Assembly: GCA_964622505.1 (NCBI GenBank)
Contig: CAZUQJ010000001.1
Location: 116,957-180,956, forward strand
Reading direction: 5' to 3'
DNA from: an uncultured Candidatus Saccharibacteria bacterium
GTDB lineage: Bacteria > Patescibacteriota > Minisyncoccia > Phycocordibacterales > UBA9973
DNA: 64,000 bases
Shown here: positions 27,001 through 37,155 of the stretch, in pieces
How the letters are laid out: each line of letters begins with the position of its first letter
Numbering within the stretch: the stretch's first letter is position 1
Notes under the pieces: model-generated
Seen by the model: the letters and a program-made list of their open reading frames with translations, nothing else
Told to the model about the DNA's origin: nothing
Databases searched by the model: none
Position numbers and translations under genes: made by a program

Positions 27001-28180
27001 AAAAATAGCAATCATATCGGGTACTGTTGTGGTATCGGTTGCTGTTTTGTTGTTTGCACTATCTTATGCATTTAGTACATCTTTTGACAGTACAAAAAAG
27101 TATGAGGTCAATAAAGTAAAGGGGACAGAAAGTAGTAAAGATAACAAAGACACAGCAATTGAACCTGCTCCATTGCCGGCGACACATATTGAAACACCAG
27201 AATCTGTCAAAGCAATCTATATATCGGCTTGGGTTGCAGGCTCAGCAAAGCACATGAGTCGGATCAATAGTTTACTAGATACTACAGAGTTGAATGCTAT
27301 TGTAATCGACATCAAGGATTCTACTGGGCGTGTCTCTTTCCATACAGACAACGAGCTTATCAAGGAGTTGGGAGCTTCTGAGAAGCGTATTGCAGACATT
27401 AAGGGCTTGATTGACTCACTACATAAGAGAGATATCTATGTTATTGGTCGTATTTCAGTATTCCAAGATCCGTACATGACAAAAAGAAAACCTGAATGGG
27501 CAGTCAAAAAGAAGAGCGATGGTACTGTATGGACCGATCGCAAGAAACTATCATTCCTTGATCCAGCAAATAAAGACGTATGGAACTATACAAGCACTGT
27601 GGCCCATACAGCGTATGACGTAGGCTTTGATGAGATCAATTTCGACTACATCCGCTATCCGTCAGATGGTAACGTGAAAGATATAAACTATTCTTTGGCC
27701 GAGGGCAAGACTCGTGCAAGCAATATGGAAGATTTCTTTATTTATTTGCATGATGAGATGAAAAAGGATGTCGACATACCAACTTCTGCTGACCTATTTG
27801 GCCTTACAGCCACGGCTGTTGGCAATGACGATATGGGTATAGGTCAGGTCATGGAAAAAGTTTTGCCACACTTTGATTTTATTGCACCTATGGTTTATCC
27901 ATCACACTTTGCTACTGCGTGGAATGGCTACAAAAATCCAGCTGAGCATCCATATGAAGTAGTGAATATTACAATGAAGTCTGCTGTTGCCAAAGCAACA
28001 GCTATGGGTCTGTCACCGCTCAAGATTCGCCCGTGGCTCCAAGATTTCGACATGGGTGCCAATTATGGGAAAGATAAGGTCCAAGCTCAGATCAAAGGTA
28101 CTTACGATGCAGGTCTGAATTCATGGATGCTATGGGATCCTAAAAATATATACACAAAAGACGCTTTGGAATTGCAATAA
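26981..28180 (+). CDS. DUF4015-type putative glycoside-hydrolase-like TIM-barrel protein (membrane-anchored)
   Basis: IDIKDSTGRVSF and FDEINFDYIRYP motifs recall DUF4015/GHL family members. N-terminal TM segment. Confidence 0.4.
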   Translation: MSHHSNKKIAIISGTVVVSVAVLLFALSYAFSTSFDSTKKYEVNKVKGTESSKDNKDTAIEPAPLPATHIETPESVKAIYISAWVAGSAKHMSRINSLLDTTELNAIVIDIKDSTGRVSFHTDNELIKELGASEKRIADIKGLIDSLHKRDIYVIGRISVFQDPYMTKRKPEWAVKKKSDGTVWTDRKKLSFLDPANKDVWNYTSTVAHTAYDVGFDEINFDYIRYPSDGNVKDINYSLAEGKTRASNMEDFFIYLHDEMKKDVDIPTSADLFGLTATAVGNDDMGIGQVMEKVLPHFDFIAPMVYPSHFATAWNGYKNPAEHPYEVVNITMKSAVAKATAMGLSPLKIRPWLQDFDMGANYGKDKVQAQIKGTYDAGLNSWMLWDPKNIYTKDALELQ

Positions 28181-28186
28181 CCTTAT

Positions 28187-29401
28187 ATGATAAATTATAA
28201 ACAAAAAATACTGTATACTATCTGTAGCTTATGTGTCCTCACCGGTGTTTTTATGTTTGGTGTGTATGTTGGGTTCTCTCAAGGTCCGGAGATCGGCAAG
28301 GTGACTGGTGTCAAAAATATTTCTAATCCTACAACCCAAACAGATTTCAATCCTTTTTGGAAAGCATGGAATGTATTGAAAGAGAAGTCGATAAACTCTA
28401 AAGATATAACCGATCAAGAAAAAGTCTGGGGATCAATACAGGGACTTGCTGATTCATTCCGGGATCCATATACCGTATTTTTTCCTCCAGAAGAAAACAA
28501 ACTTTTCAACGATAGTATTCGTGGAACATTTAGTGGTATAGGGGCTGAGATGGGTATGAAGAATAAACTGCTGACGATTATCTCACCGCTCAAAGATAGT
28601 CCCGCAGATAAGGCTGGAATACAAACTGGAGATATTATAGTGAAGATCGATGGTGTGGATACAAAGAATATGAGCATTGATCGCGCGATCAGCTTGATAC
28701 GAGGCAAAAAGGGTACTACAGTAAACCTGACAATCTTTAGAAAGGGTCAGATAAAAACTCGCGATATTGCTGTTGTGCGCGATATTGTCGATATCCCGAC
28801 CATAGATACAGAGCTTCGAGCAGATGGAATATTTGTTATTAAATTCTACAGCTTCTCTGAAAATTCAGGCAATCTTTTTGACGCAGCACTTGATAAATTT
28901 GCTGATTCAAAATCTGACAAATTGATTCTCGACTTACGAGGCAACCCGGGAGGCTACTTGGATGTGGCAGTGCATATTGCAAGTAGATTTATTGACGAAG
29001 GCAAGATTATTGCCATAGAGGATTATGGTGATACAAGAGAAGATGAGACATATCGTAGCTTCGGCCCAAAAATGTTCGATACGAATCTAAAGTTTGTAGT
29101 ACTTGTCGATGGTGGTTCGGCTTCAGCTAGCGAAATATTGGCTGGTGCACTCAAAGAGCACAAGGTTGCGACAATAGTTGGAGATACTACCTTTGGCAAA
29201 GGCTCGGTGCAGGAACTGGTAAAGATCACAGACGACACCTCATTGAAGGTAACCATTGCTCGCTGGTTGACACCAAACGGTGTTTCTATATCGGATCATG
29301 GTTTGGAGCCAGATGTAAAAGTAAATTTTACAGAGAAGGATATAACAGACAAGAATGATGTTCAGTTGAATAAAGCGGTAGAAATATTAAAAGCAAAGTA
29401 G
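28187..29401 (+). CDS. ctpA: C-terminal processing peptidase, S41 family (PDZ-containing)
   Basis: A PDZ segment GDIIVKIDG, then LDLRGNPGGY, and a TFGKGSVQ catalytic region. Confidence 0.8.
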   Translation: MINYKQKILYTICSLCVLTGVFMFGVYVGFSQGPEIGKVTGVKNISNPTTQTDFNPFWKAWNVLKEKSINSKDITDQEKVWGSIQGLADSFRDPYTVFFPPEENKLFNDSIRGTFSGIGAEMGMKNKLLTIISPLKDSPADKAGIQTGDIIVKIDGVDTKNMSIDRAISLIRGKKGTTVNLTIFRKGQIKTRDIAVVRDIVDIPTIDTELRADGIFVIKFYSFSENSGNLFDAALDKFADSKSDKLILDLRGNPGGYLDVAVHIASRFIDEGKIIAIEDYGDTREDETYRSFGPKMFDTNLKFVVLVDGGSASASEILAGALKEHKVATIVGDTTFGKGSVQELVKITDDTSLKVTIARWLTPNGVSISDHGLEPDVKVNFTEKDITDKNDVQLNKAVEILKAK

Positions 29402-29409
29402 AAAAATAT

Positions 29410-29847
29410 ATGAAAGTTATCCTCCTAAAAGACGTGTTGAAAGTAGGCAACAAAGACAGTGTATTAGAATTTGCAGATGGTTATGCCCAAAATGTGCTCA
29501 TAGCCAAGGGCTTGGCAATACGCGCGACTCCTCATGAGCTTTCAAAGCTTGAGGAAAAATTAAAGAAGTTGCAAAGTATAAAAGAAGAAGAAAATAAAGT
29601 ATTCGACATCCTCGTTTCTTCTTTAAATAATAAAATACTCACGCTAAAAGCAAAGTCAAATGAAAAGGGGCACCTATTCAGTGCTGTCAAAAAGGCTGAA
29701 ATAGCAACGCTTATAAAAGAACACACAGGTACTGATATCGCCGAAGATGCTATTGAATTCGGCAAACCAATAAAGGAGATAGGTTCCCATTCTATAACAA
29801 TCAAAAAAGGGGAGCGTAGTGGTACTTTTATGATAAATGTAGAGTAA
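29410..29847 (+). CDS. rplI: 50S ribosomal protein L9
   Basis: MKVILLKDV…GYAQNVLIAKGLA N-terminal L9 signature; 145 aa. Confidence 0.85.
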   Translation: MKVILLKDVLKVGNKDSVLEFADGYAQNVLIAKGLAIRATPHELSKLEEKLKKLQSIKEEENKVFDILVSSLNNKILTLKAKSNEKGHLFSAVKKAEIATLIKEHTGTDIAEDAIEFGKPIKEIGSHSITIKKGERSGTFMINVE

Positions 29848-29880
29848 ACAAAACCCCTCAAATTTGAGGGGTTTTGTTTG
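29848..29880. terminator. Bidirectional intrinsic terminator between convergent rplI and rpmA
   Basis: 12-bp stem acaaaacccctc / gaggggttttgt with an aaattt loop. Confidence 0.75.
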
Positions 29881-29885
29881 TATAT

Positions 29886-30161
29886 TTAAGCTATTACGTG
29901 TACTACTTTCTTTACTGTTGTTTTGTTGTTGAATCCAATTTTACGCTTGCTTCCAAATTTGACAATACCTTCTTTGAGAGCAAAGAGTGTATGATCACGG
30001 CCCATACCTACATTGGTCCCAGCCATGATACGTGTGCCACGCTGACGGATAATAACTCCTCCAGCCTTTGCAGTTTGCCCAGCGTAAAGCTTAGTACCTA
30101 GATACTTTGGATTTGAGTCTTTTAAGTTTTTGGCCGAACCTCCGGCTTTCCTATGTGCCAT
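29886..30161 (-). CDS. rpmA: 50S ribosomal protein L27
   Basis: MAHRKAGGS…[25 protein letters not shown] matches the L27 consensus. Confidence 0.9.
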   Translation of the reverse strand: MAHRKAGGSAKNLKDSNPKYLGTKLYAGQTAKAGGVIIRQRGTRIMAGTNVGMGRDHTLFALKEGIVKFGSKRKIGFNNKTTVKKVVHVIA

Positions 30162-30205
30162 ATGATGCTATCTATAATGAATAATTTATAATATAATAGT
30201 ACGTA

Positions 30206-30610
30206 ATGAAGAGTATACAGCATTTAAAGGATAAAATCAAGGGTTTGGCGTACCCTGACAAAAGCCTTATTTTACAAGCTTTTATTGTGATTTTGGTCGC
30301 TGTGGGTTCATTTGGTCTTGGACGTCTAACATACTCGTCTCCGAAAAGTGAAAAAGTAGCTATAATCAATCTCGACTCTACAAAAGGGGATAAGGTCACT
30401 TATTACAAAAAGTCATCTCCAACCAAAGAAGTAGCACCGACCTCAAACACCACAACTGGTGTGTATGTTGCTTCAAAAAATGGTAAACTATATTACAGGG
30501 TAGGATGTGGTGCAAGTAGTAGGATCAAAGAAGAGAATAAAATTTTCTTCAACACAGAACAAGAGGCTAGAGATGCAGGGCTCCAAGGTTCCGATTCATG
30601 CACACCCTAA
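30206..30610 (+). CDS. Hypothetical membrane-anchored protein with a C-terminal Cys-containing (Ada-like/sunset-type) module
   Basis: N-terminal TM segment; C-terminal YRVGCGASSRI…FFNTEQEARDAGLQGSDSC. Confidence 0.3.
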   Translation: MKSIQHLKDKIKGLAYPDKSLILQAFIVILVAVGSFGLGRLTYSSPKSEKVAIINLDSTKGDKVTYYKKSSPTKEVAPTSNTTTGVYVASKNGKLYYRVGCGASSRIKEENKIFFNTEQEARDAGLQGSDSCTP

Positions 30611-30614
30611 ATGT

Positions 30615-31517
30615 ATGATTAAAATACTTTTTAAAACACTTTTTGTAATTTTTCTCGTTATGTCGCTGTATATTATGCGCGATGATATTTCTGATTTTGT
30701 TAACAAAAAAAAGGCTCAAATAATCAAATCAATAAAAAGTTCACAGACAGAAGGTTCAATCTCGTCCGACGGGCTTGTTGATGTAAAGAAATTGGTAGAC
30801 ACTCCGGGTGCATTGCGAGCTACCAGCTTCTTCAATATTAACCAGGCAAGCTTCCTTACTAATGCCGGTATTATTGTGGAAACAAATAGAGAACGTGCAA
30901 AAGAGAATCTGAGTCAACTAAAAGAAAATACAAAATTAAATCTATCTGCAGAGAAAAAGGTCAATGACATGTTTGCTCGCCAGTACTTCGAGCACGTTTC
31001 GCCATCAGGCGTTGGTGTGAGTGATCTTGGGCAAGCTGTCGGCTACGAATATATCATTATCGGTGAGAACTTGGCTCTAGGCAACTTTAAAGATGACAAG
31101 GCTGTCATTGCTGCATGGATGGCAAGTCCTGGCCACAGAGCCAACATGATGAATAAAAATTATACAGAAATGGGTGCCTACGCGCGTAAAGGGACTTTTG
31201 AAGGCAAAGAGACATGGCTTGCTGTCCAGCATTTCGGTACACCGCAGAATCTGTGCCCAAAGATAGATGTCTTGCTCAAGAGCTCAATACAAGCTGATCA
31301 GATTAAATTGAAAACAATGCAAGGGGACTTGGCTCAGAGATTGAAGGATGTAAATAGCAACAAAATGGTAAATGGCAAAACTCATGATGAGCAGGTAGAA
31401 GAATACAATACTTTGGTAAATAAATACAATATACTCGTGGCAAAGAGTAAAGCGAATATAAATATATACAACAAACAAGTTCGCGAATTTAACGCATGCG
31501 TAGAAGTTAGACAATAA
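30615..31517 (+). CDS. Secreted CAP/SCP (PR-1-like) domain protein with a C-terminal coiled coil. Start at an internal Met.
   Basis: FEHVSPSG…IIGENLALGNF…WMASPGHRANMMNKNYTEMG matches the CAP-domain motifs. An N-terminal TM/signal is present. Confidence 0.55.
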   Translation: MIKILFKTLFVIFLVMSLYIMRDDISDFVNKKKAQIIKSIKSSQTEGSISSDGLVDVKKLVDTPGALRATSFFNINQASFLTNAGIIVETNRERAKENLSQLKENTKLNLSAEKKVNDMFARQYFEHVSPSGVGVSDLGQAVGYEYIIIGENLALGNFKDDKAVIAAWMASPGHRANMMNKNYTEMGAYARKGTFEGKETWLAVQHFGTPQNLCPKIDVLLKSSIQADQIKLKTMQGDLAQRLKDVNSNKMVNGKTHDEQVEEYNTLVNKYNILVAKSKANINIYNKQVREFNACVEVRQ

Positions 31518-31647
31518 AGCCAGAGGTTTAGTAGGAGAGAGCCCTTTATAGGGCTTTTTCTATAGGGGGAAAATATATAGTAGTGTCGTACAATATATCT
31601 TTCGCGACTCTATATATCTTATATAAGGCTTAGAAAGGATTACTAGA

Positions 31648-31680
31648 TTGTGCGCACATTTTAAAAATGTCGCACAATTT
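31648..31680. promoter_or_regulatory. Operator-like imperfect palindrome ttgtgcgcacatttt-aaaaatgtcgcacaa immediately upstream of a TATAAT -10 element (31694-31699)
   Basis: Near-perfect inverted repeat seen directly. A third related half-site TGTCGTACAAT lies at 31584-31594. Confidence 0.4.
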
Positions 31681-31706
31681 TCACGACACATGCTATAATT
31701 AACTTC

Positions 31707-32051
31707 ATGTTTAAAGAATTCCCAGCTTCTCGTTTTTATATTCTCAAAATTCTATACTTTTTACCCATAGCTTCGTATGCATTAGGTTCTCTACTTTTGT
31801 CTATGGATGAACCATGTTATGGAAATTCTGATTGTTATTTCGACAGTTTTGGTGGCCAGTTAGGTCTTTTTGGTGTTTATGGATTTTTCCTATACTTTAG
31901 TCCCATAGTATCTATAATACTTTTTAATTTAATTTTGGAGAAAAAGAAAAAAAATAAAGTTTTGGGAATGAGTGATTCACTTTTCTTTTATGGTTTCTGC
32001 CCTCTAAATTTATTTCTCGCTGTACGATTTTTGTTGGGAACTTTCTTATAA
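31707..32051 (+). CDS. Hypothetical membrane protein
   Basis: 114 aa with several TM segments, downstream of the operator-like palindrome. Confidence 0.4.
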   Translation: MFKEFPASRFYILKILYFLPIASYALGSLLLSMDEPCYGNSDCYFDSFGGQLGLFGVYGFFLYFSPIVSIILFNLILEKKKKNKVLGMSDSLFFYGFCPLNLFLAVRFLLGTFL

Positions 32052-32417
32052 AGCAACTTGCGAAGAACTTCTTTTCCGTGCATCTTTTTCTAGGTTATTA
32101 TAAAGTCGGCCATGTTTGATCCAACCACCAAGGTATTCATAATAGAATTTTAAAAAACCGCGTTCTTGATATTGAAGCCAGTGGATTCGTTCATGGGCAA
32201 GGATACTGCCGGGCTTATCCCCTTCTGTTTGGTATTTTTGCTCAATATAGATCCCAAACGGCGGAATTGTCACCGCCATAATCTTTCCAGGCAAAGACGA
32301 AATATAGTTGGTTGGTGCTGGGTCATGAATAACAAATGTAGAATATATTGCACTAAAACTTATAACAATAACAATTATTAAAAATATAGCACAGAGGATT
32401 TTGATAAATTTTTTCAT
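32046..32417 (-). CDS. Small secreted or membrane-anchored putative zinc metallopeptidase (HExxHxxQ)
   Basis: N-terminal TM segment; AHERIHWLQYQ resembles the HExxHxxQ motif of DUF4157-like proteins. Confidence 0.35.
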   Translation of the reverse strand: MKKFIKILCAIFLIIVIVISFSAIYSTFVIHDPAPTNYISSLPGKIMAVTIPPFGIYIEQKYQTEGDKPGSILAHERIHWLQYQERGFLKFYYEYLGGWIKHGRLYNNLEKDARKRSSSQVAL

Positions 32418-32433
32418 AGCCTAATAACTTAGA

Positions 32434-32817
32434 TTATCGCACAGTGCGATACCCTGAAGTATCTGCTTCCAACTCCCCTTCTTTGGCGTCTATTTTTGTA
32501 TTTTCAGAATTTTGGAAAGTTGGAGCTTTTATATCCATGTTTTTTATTTGTGGTAGTGGTAAAAAACTGCTGAAATCAAAATGGGCAGTTTTGTTTGTGT
32601 CTGGGTTGCTCGGTGTCTGGAAGAACTTTTCACCTATTGTCACCTTGATCAGATTTTCTACGTATGCCTTGTTTTTCTTGAATTGCTCGGATTCAAAGGC
32701 TGTCTTGAGATCAACACGCAAGAATACAAATACGAGAGCTCCAAGGATAATTATAGGTAGTATGATACCACCACGATTATGTATTGACCCTAAATTTTTA
32801 GTATCTGTATTATGCAT
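32434..32817 (-). CDS. Hypothetical membrane-anchored protein
   Basis: 127 aa with one TM segment. Confidence 0.3.
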   Translation of the reverse strand: MHNTDTKNLGSIHNRGGIILPIIILGALVFVFLRVDLKTAFESEQFKKNKAYVENLIKVTIGEKFFQTPSNPDTNKTAHFDFSSFLPLPQIKNMDIKAPTFQNSENTKIDAKEGELEADTSGYRTVR

Positions 32818-32850
32818 GTTTATATTATATCAAATTTTATTTACTAGCTC

Positions 32851-34170
32851 CTAATTCTTTTTGAGCATAGCGGTAGATGTGAGCTTGGGTAAATATATCA
32901 TTGGGTCTAGATACGCGCTGATCGGCGCTACTGGCATAACAAAGTGTGCTCCTGGACAGGATTTGCTTGCGAATTCAGTAATCTCTGCACCTTGGCTTGC
33001 GTATACGCTCACATGCAAGTGTGGACCTGTAGAATGGCCTGTATTGCCCGATAGAGCCACTATATCTCCTGCTTTGACTTCCTGGCCGACAATAGCCTGA
33101 ATATTTGATAAGTGTCCATAGGTGCTCGAAAGACCATTGTTGTATTGGATAAATACCCACTTGCCAAAAGATGCTCCTTTACAGAAAGTGTCGGTATTGC
33201 CTGTACCCATAACAGTACCTGTACCCATAGCCACAACTGGCGTACCAATACTTGCTCGGAAGTCTACTCCGCTGTGAGATCCAGATGCATATAGTCGCCC
33301 TGAGGCAGCAGTTTTGCCAAAAAGCTGGGTAATCAATACTTTTTCTAGTGGCCAGGCTAGTGCTCCAGAGCCCGCACTCGGCAATAGATTCGGATTCAAT
33401 AGGAATTTTAGTTGCGCTTCATAGTCACGGAATTCTTTTTCAAAAGAGTCGCGTTTTTTTTGCTGTTCTGCTAGGATCTTTTTGTATTCAGATTCTTTAT
33501 TTTTGGTTTCTTTCAAAATTTTATCTTTTTCGGCTTTTGCAAGCTCGATTGCCTTTTTCTCCATATCCAATTTTTGTTTCAAAGTTCCAAGATTGGCATT
33601 TTCCTTCTCCTTCATCTCTTTGGATTCTTCTAGATTTTGCTTGATCTCTTGGGTGGTTTCTATAAAGGAATCAATTTTTTTATTCAGAGAAATTCTTTCT
33701 TGATATTCTTGGCTGATATTTCGGAGTCCATTCTCTGTTAGGATCAATTCCACAATAGATCTTTGATCGTTTTGATAAAGTTCGTTAAATGATTTTTTTA
33801 ATACAGCGCGGGTTAAGCTGATCTCTTTGTTTCTCTCGTCGATATTTGTTTCCAAGCCGACGATGACATTTTTGCCGAGTTCAATCTTTTTAGTGGTCTG
33901 AGTGGTTTCCTTTAAAAGTTTTTCCCGAGTCAGATTGAGCTCTTTTATCAATCGTGACAAAGTTTGGGCTTCTTGATTAGTGAGACTGATTTGATCTTGG
34001 TACTTTTGGATTTCTCGATCGAGCTCGGCAATCTGTTCTTTTGTAGTTAGAATTTTTGAATTAAGTGTTTCTTTTGTTTCTGTCGTTGCTCCGTAGATAA
34101 AAGATTGTGGAAATACAAAAGAAAATATAAGGATAAAAAAGACAACTTTTTTTGTTATATATTTACCCAT
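32851..34170 (-). CDS. M23-family peptidase with an N-terminal coiled coil (EnvC-like murein hydrolase or activator)
   Basis: Long coiled-coil N-terminus. C-terminal HSGVDFRASIGTPVVAMGTGTV … GHSTGPHLHVSV M23 motifs. Confidence 0.75.
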   Translation of the reverse strand: MGKYITKKVVFFILIFSFVFPQSFIYGATTETKETLNSKILTTKEQIAELDREIQKYQDQISLTNQEAQTLSRLIKELNLTREKLLKETTQTTKKIELGKNVIVGLETNIDERNKEISLTRAVLKKSFNELYQNDQRSIVELILTENGLRNISQEYQERISLNKKIDSFIETTQEIKQNLEESKEMKEKENANLGTLKQKLDMEKKAIELAKAEKDKILKETKNKESEYKKILAEQQKKRDSFEKEFRDYEAQLKFLLNPNLLPSAGSGALAWPLEKVLITQLFGKTAASGRLYASGSHSGVDFRASIGTPVVAMGTGTVMGTGNTDTFCKGASFGKWVFIQYNNGLSSTYGHLSNIQAIVGQEVKAGDIVALSGNTGHSTGPHLHVSVYASQGAEITEFASKSCPGAHFVMPVAPISAYLDPMIYLPKLTSTAMLKKN

Positions 34171-35641
34171 TATGTTTTACGTCTAATATTTCTAATGCAC
34201 CATTTAGGCGAAGCATGGTGCCAACTTTCCCAAACAATTCAGCAAGTACAAATGGGTCGGGTGACTTCTCTTGTCCGGAGAGGCTGTAGCGCATTGGCCA
34301 GAGGACTGATCCACGGCCTACTTCTGTTGCATATTCCCAAAGAGTGTCTTTAATCTTTTCTTTAGTCCAGCTTGCTTCGTCAATTTCTGAAAGGAGATCT
34401 ATAACTTTTTTTATATTTTCTTCTGTCGTCGTGTTTTCTTTTTGTTCCTTTTTTAAAATATCTAAATGTAATTTTGGATATTTGAAATAGTAATCCAAGT
34501 CTCCATTGACAGCCATCATTTCAATATCGAGTCCCGATGATACACGCTCAATAACGATCGGAGTGATGTTGTGTAGCATCTGTGTGGTAAAGTGTGGCAG
34601 TTCTTTAATATCATTTGGTATAAATTTCAAAATGTAAGCTTCTTGATCTTGATACGACATTTTCTTTATATATTCGCGATTGATCCATGCCAATTTTTCT
34701 TCGTTGAATTGCGCGCCAGAGTGCTGGATTTTTGTTACATCAAATGCTTCCAAGAGATCATCGAGAGTCATTACTTCCCTATCGTCTCCAGGGTTCCAAC
34801 CCAAAAATGCCAGGAAATTGATCATCGCTTCTGGTAGTATGCCTTCATTTCTATAGTCTAATACATCTTTTGCTCCATCACGTTTGCCAAGCTTCTTTTT
34901 GCCTCCAGGGGCCATTATGGGTGGCAGGGTCGCCATTTCTGGTCTGTCTACACCTAGAGCTTCATATAGAGCCAAGAATTTAGGCGTTGAAGAGATAAAT
35001 TCATCAGCACGCATTATGTGAGTTACTCCCATTTCCAAGTCGTCGATAATGTGGGCGAAATTGTATGTTGGGTAGCCATCGCTTTTGATCAATATAAAAT
35101 CATCAAGAGCTTCCGGACCAGCAGTCAGCTTGCCACGCACAAGATCATTCCATTCTGATGTTTTTATTTCTTGGATTTTTAAACGCAACGGCATCGATCC
35201 ATCCCACACTGGAGGATTCTCTGGTCGATGTTCGCGATACAAAAATGGTCTTTTTTCCGCGTCTGCTTTTGCACGAAATGCTTGGAGTTCTTCTTCTGTA
35301 TACGGGTCGGCATATGCCAAGCCCCTGTCTATCAGTATTTGTGCATACTTCTTATATGAATCAAGTCTTTGTGACTGTATGTATGGAGCATTGGCGCCAC
35401 CAATATCTGGACCCTCGTCCCAGTCGAGTCCCAGCCACTTCAAAGATTCTATTATGTGACCAATAGATCCCTCCACTTCGCGCTCTTTGTCTGTATCTTC
35501 GATACGAAGAATAAAAGTACCATTGTGTTTACGGGCCCACAGATATGCATACAATGCAGTACGAATACCTCCCACATGAACAAAGCCTGTTGGCGACGGA
35601 GCAAAACGTGTAACTACTTTTTTGTGGTTTTCTTTTGTCAT
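34163..35641 (-). CDS. gltX: Glutamate--tRNA ligase
   Basis: RFAPSPTGFVHVGGIRTALY (HIGH-type motif) and class I GluRS architecture. Confidence 0.9.
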   Translation of the reverse strand: MTKENHKKVVTRFAPSPTGFVHVGGIRTALYAYLWARKHNGTFILRIEDTDKEREVEGSIGHIIESLKWLGLDWDEGPDIGGANAPYIQSQRLDSYKKYAQILIDRGLAYADPYTEEELQAFRAKADAEKRPFLYREHRPENPPVWDGSMPLRLKIQEIKTSEWNDLVRGKLTAGPEALDDFILIKSDGYPTYNFAHIIDDLEMGVTHIMRADEFISSTPKFLALYEALGVDRPEMATLPPIMAPGGKKKLGKRDGAKDVLDYRNEGILPEAMINFLAFLGWNPGDDREVMTLDDLLEAFDVTKIQHSGAQFNEEKLAWINREYIKKMSYQDQEAYILKFIPNDIKELPHFTTQMLHNITPIVIERVSSGLDIEMMAVNGDLDYYFKYPKLHLDILKKEQKENTTTEENIKKVIDLLSEIDEASWTKEKIKDTLWEYATEVGRGSVLWPMRYSLSGQEKSPDPFVLAELFGKVGTMLRLNGALEILDVKHNG

Positions 35642-35642
35642 A

Positions 35643-36767
35643 TTATTCGTGTTCGAGAGCTATTTTAATGGCTTCTTGGGCGATCATTGAGCTTGCATTT
35701 GGGTTGGCAAATTTATGTGCAGAGTCTTTCATCTTAGCTAATAAATTTTTATCTTCAATCAATTTGTCGATCAGGGTAGAAATAACATGAGGTTTGAAAT
35801 TGACTTCCTCCACGACTTCACTTGCACCACTGCGTGCATAGTTAAATGCATTTTTTCTCTGGTGGTCACCATTGCTTTCTGTGATAGGAATAATAATTGA
35901 CGGTGTACCCCAAGATGCGATCTCGAAAATAGTTGACCCCGCACGTGAGAGCACTACGGTCGCAATACCGGCAGCCATTTTAGTAGTCACATCATTCATA
36001 AAGGCTATTGGCTTGTAATACTTCTTCAAAGGATTTTTATCTAAAATAAAATCGGACCTTTTGACCACATCGTCGAAATTTTTGACTCCGGTTTGGTGGA
36101 TAATCTGATATTTTTCGATTAGTATTGGCAAAGCTTCTAAGATTATTTTATTTATTATTTCTGCGCCCTGCGAACCACCAAGGATAAGTAGGGTCGATTT
36201 AGATGCATCAAAATTAAAGAATTCATACGCTCCGTCACTTGAGCCATGCATAATACTTTTGCGTATTGGCTGGCCGGTGAGAACTGTCTTTTCTTTTGGT
36301 AAATATTCTACAGATTCGCTCCATGATACGGCAATATGTTTTGCAAATTTTGCAGTCCACAGATTGAGCCTGCCTGGGTATGAATCAGATTCGTGGACTA
36401 TGACTGGTATACGGAGGAATTTGGCCCCAAAAACAGCCGGAAAGGCTCCATAACCACCTTTAGATATAACCACATCTGGATATATAGTAAAAAGCTTCAA
36501 TAGCCCAACAACAGCTCCGATGCCGGCAGCAATCATATCAAAGAAATTTTTGATCGAGGAGTAAGTACGCAATTTACCGGCTGGTACTTGGACAAAACTG
36601 ATCCGGTTGTTGAAAAGGGCCTGTTTGTCATATGGAGTATCCGACATGTAATACAGCTTCAAATCCAATATTTTTTCTTTTTGGGCGATAGTATTGAGCT
36701 CTTCGGCAATAGCGATCAAAGGATAAAAATGACCCCCAGTTCCACCCCCTGTAAGTAATATCTTCAT
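35643..36767 (-). CDS. murG: UDP-N-acetylglucosamine--N-acetylmuramyl-(pentapeptide)-PP-undecaprenol N-acetylglucosamine transferase
   Basis: MKILLTGGGTGGHFYPLIAIAEEL N-terminal motif. Located in an ftsW-mraY cluster. Confidence 0.85.
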   Translation of the reverse strand: MKILLTGGGTGGHFYPLIAIAEELNTIAQKEKILDLKLYYMSDTPYDKQALFNNRISFVQVPAGKLRTYSSIKNFFDMIAAGIGAVVGLLKLFTIYPDVVISKGGYGAFPAVFGAKFLRIPVIVHESDSYPGRLNLWTAKFAKHIAVSWSESVEYLPKEKTVLTGQPIRKSIMHGSSDGAYEFFNFDASKSTLLILGGSQGAEIINKIILEALPILIEKYQIIHQTGVKNFDDVVKRSDFILDKNPLKKYYKPIAFMNDVTTKMAAGIATVVLSRAGSTIFEIASWGTPSIIIPITESNGDHQRKNAFNYARSGASEVVEEVNFKPHVISTLIDKLIEDKNLLAKMKDSAHKFANPNASSMIAQEAIKIALEHE

Positions 36768-36851
36768 ACCCCATATTTTACCGCATTTTTGGATATTTTT
36801 CTAGTACACCAGTACTTCCTTTTACTTGAAAGGCTTAAATCTAAAAATAAT

Positions 36852-37139
36852 TTATTTCCTCTTGTCCAACCCCAACTCCTTCCCTTTTTTATTTCGCCGA
36901 TAAATTAAAATTGAAAGTACAACTAATAGCACAATCGGTATAGATACAAGAAGTATATTTTCAAGATAAGAAGGACTACCCTCTGATGAATTGTACCCAT
37001 TAAAATCTGATGGATAGTACCCACCTGTACAATCTTCTTCAATATTAGGATTAGGGACGCAAGGCAAAATTGCAAAAATAGGATTACTATTTGATAACAA
37101 AATCAATAAAATAATTACAAAAACTCTAAGTATTTTCAT
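36852..37139 (-). CDS. Small secreted or membrane-anchored protein, hypothetical
   Basis: Signal peptide, a C-terminal TM segment and a basic tail. Confidence 0.3.
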   Translation of the reverse strand: MKILRVFVIILLILLSNSNPIFAILPCVPNPNIEEDCTGGYYPSDFNGYNSSEGSPSYLENILLVSIPIVLLVVLSILIYRRNKKGKELGLDKRK

Positions 37140-37155
37140 AATAAAATTATACCAG

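Noticed and set aside
29410-30161. Non-canonical ribosomal protein gene arrangement (rplU far from rpmA; rpmA convergent with rplI)
   Set aside because: Real but of limited interest. Ribosomal operon scrambling is common in reduced genomes and nothing suggests a functional novelty.
33060-33703. Several small ORFs on both strands within the M23 peptidase gene
   Set aside because: They overlap a well-supported 439-aa gene; compositionally biased shadows.
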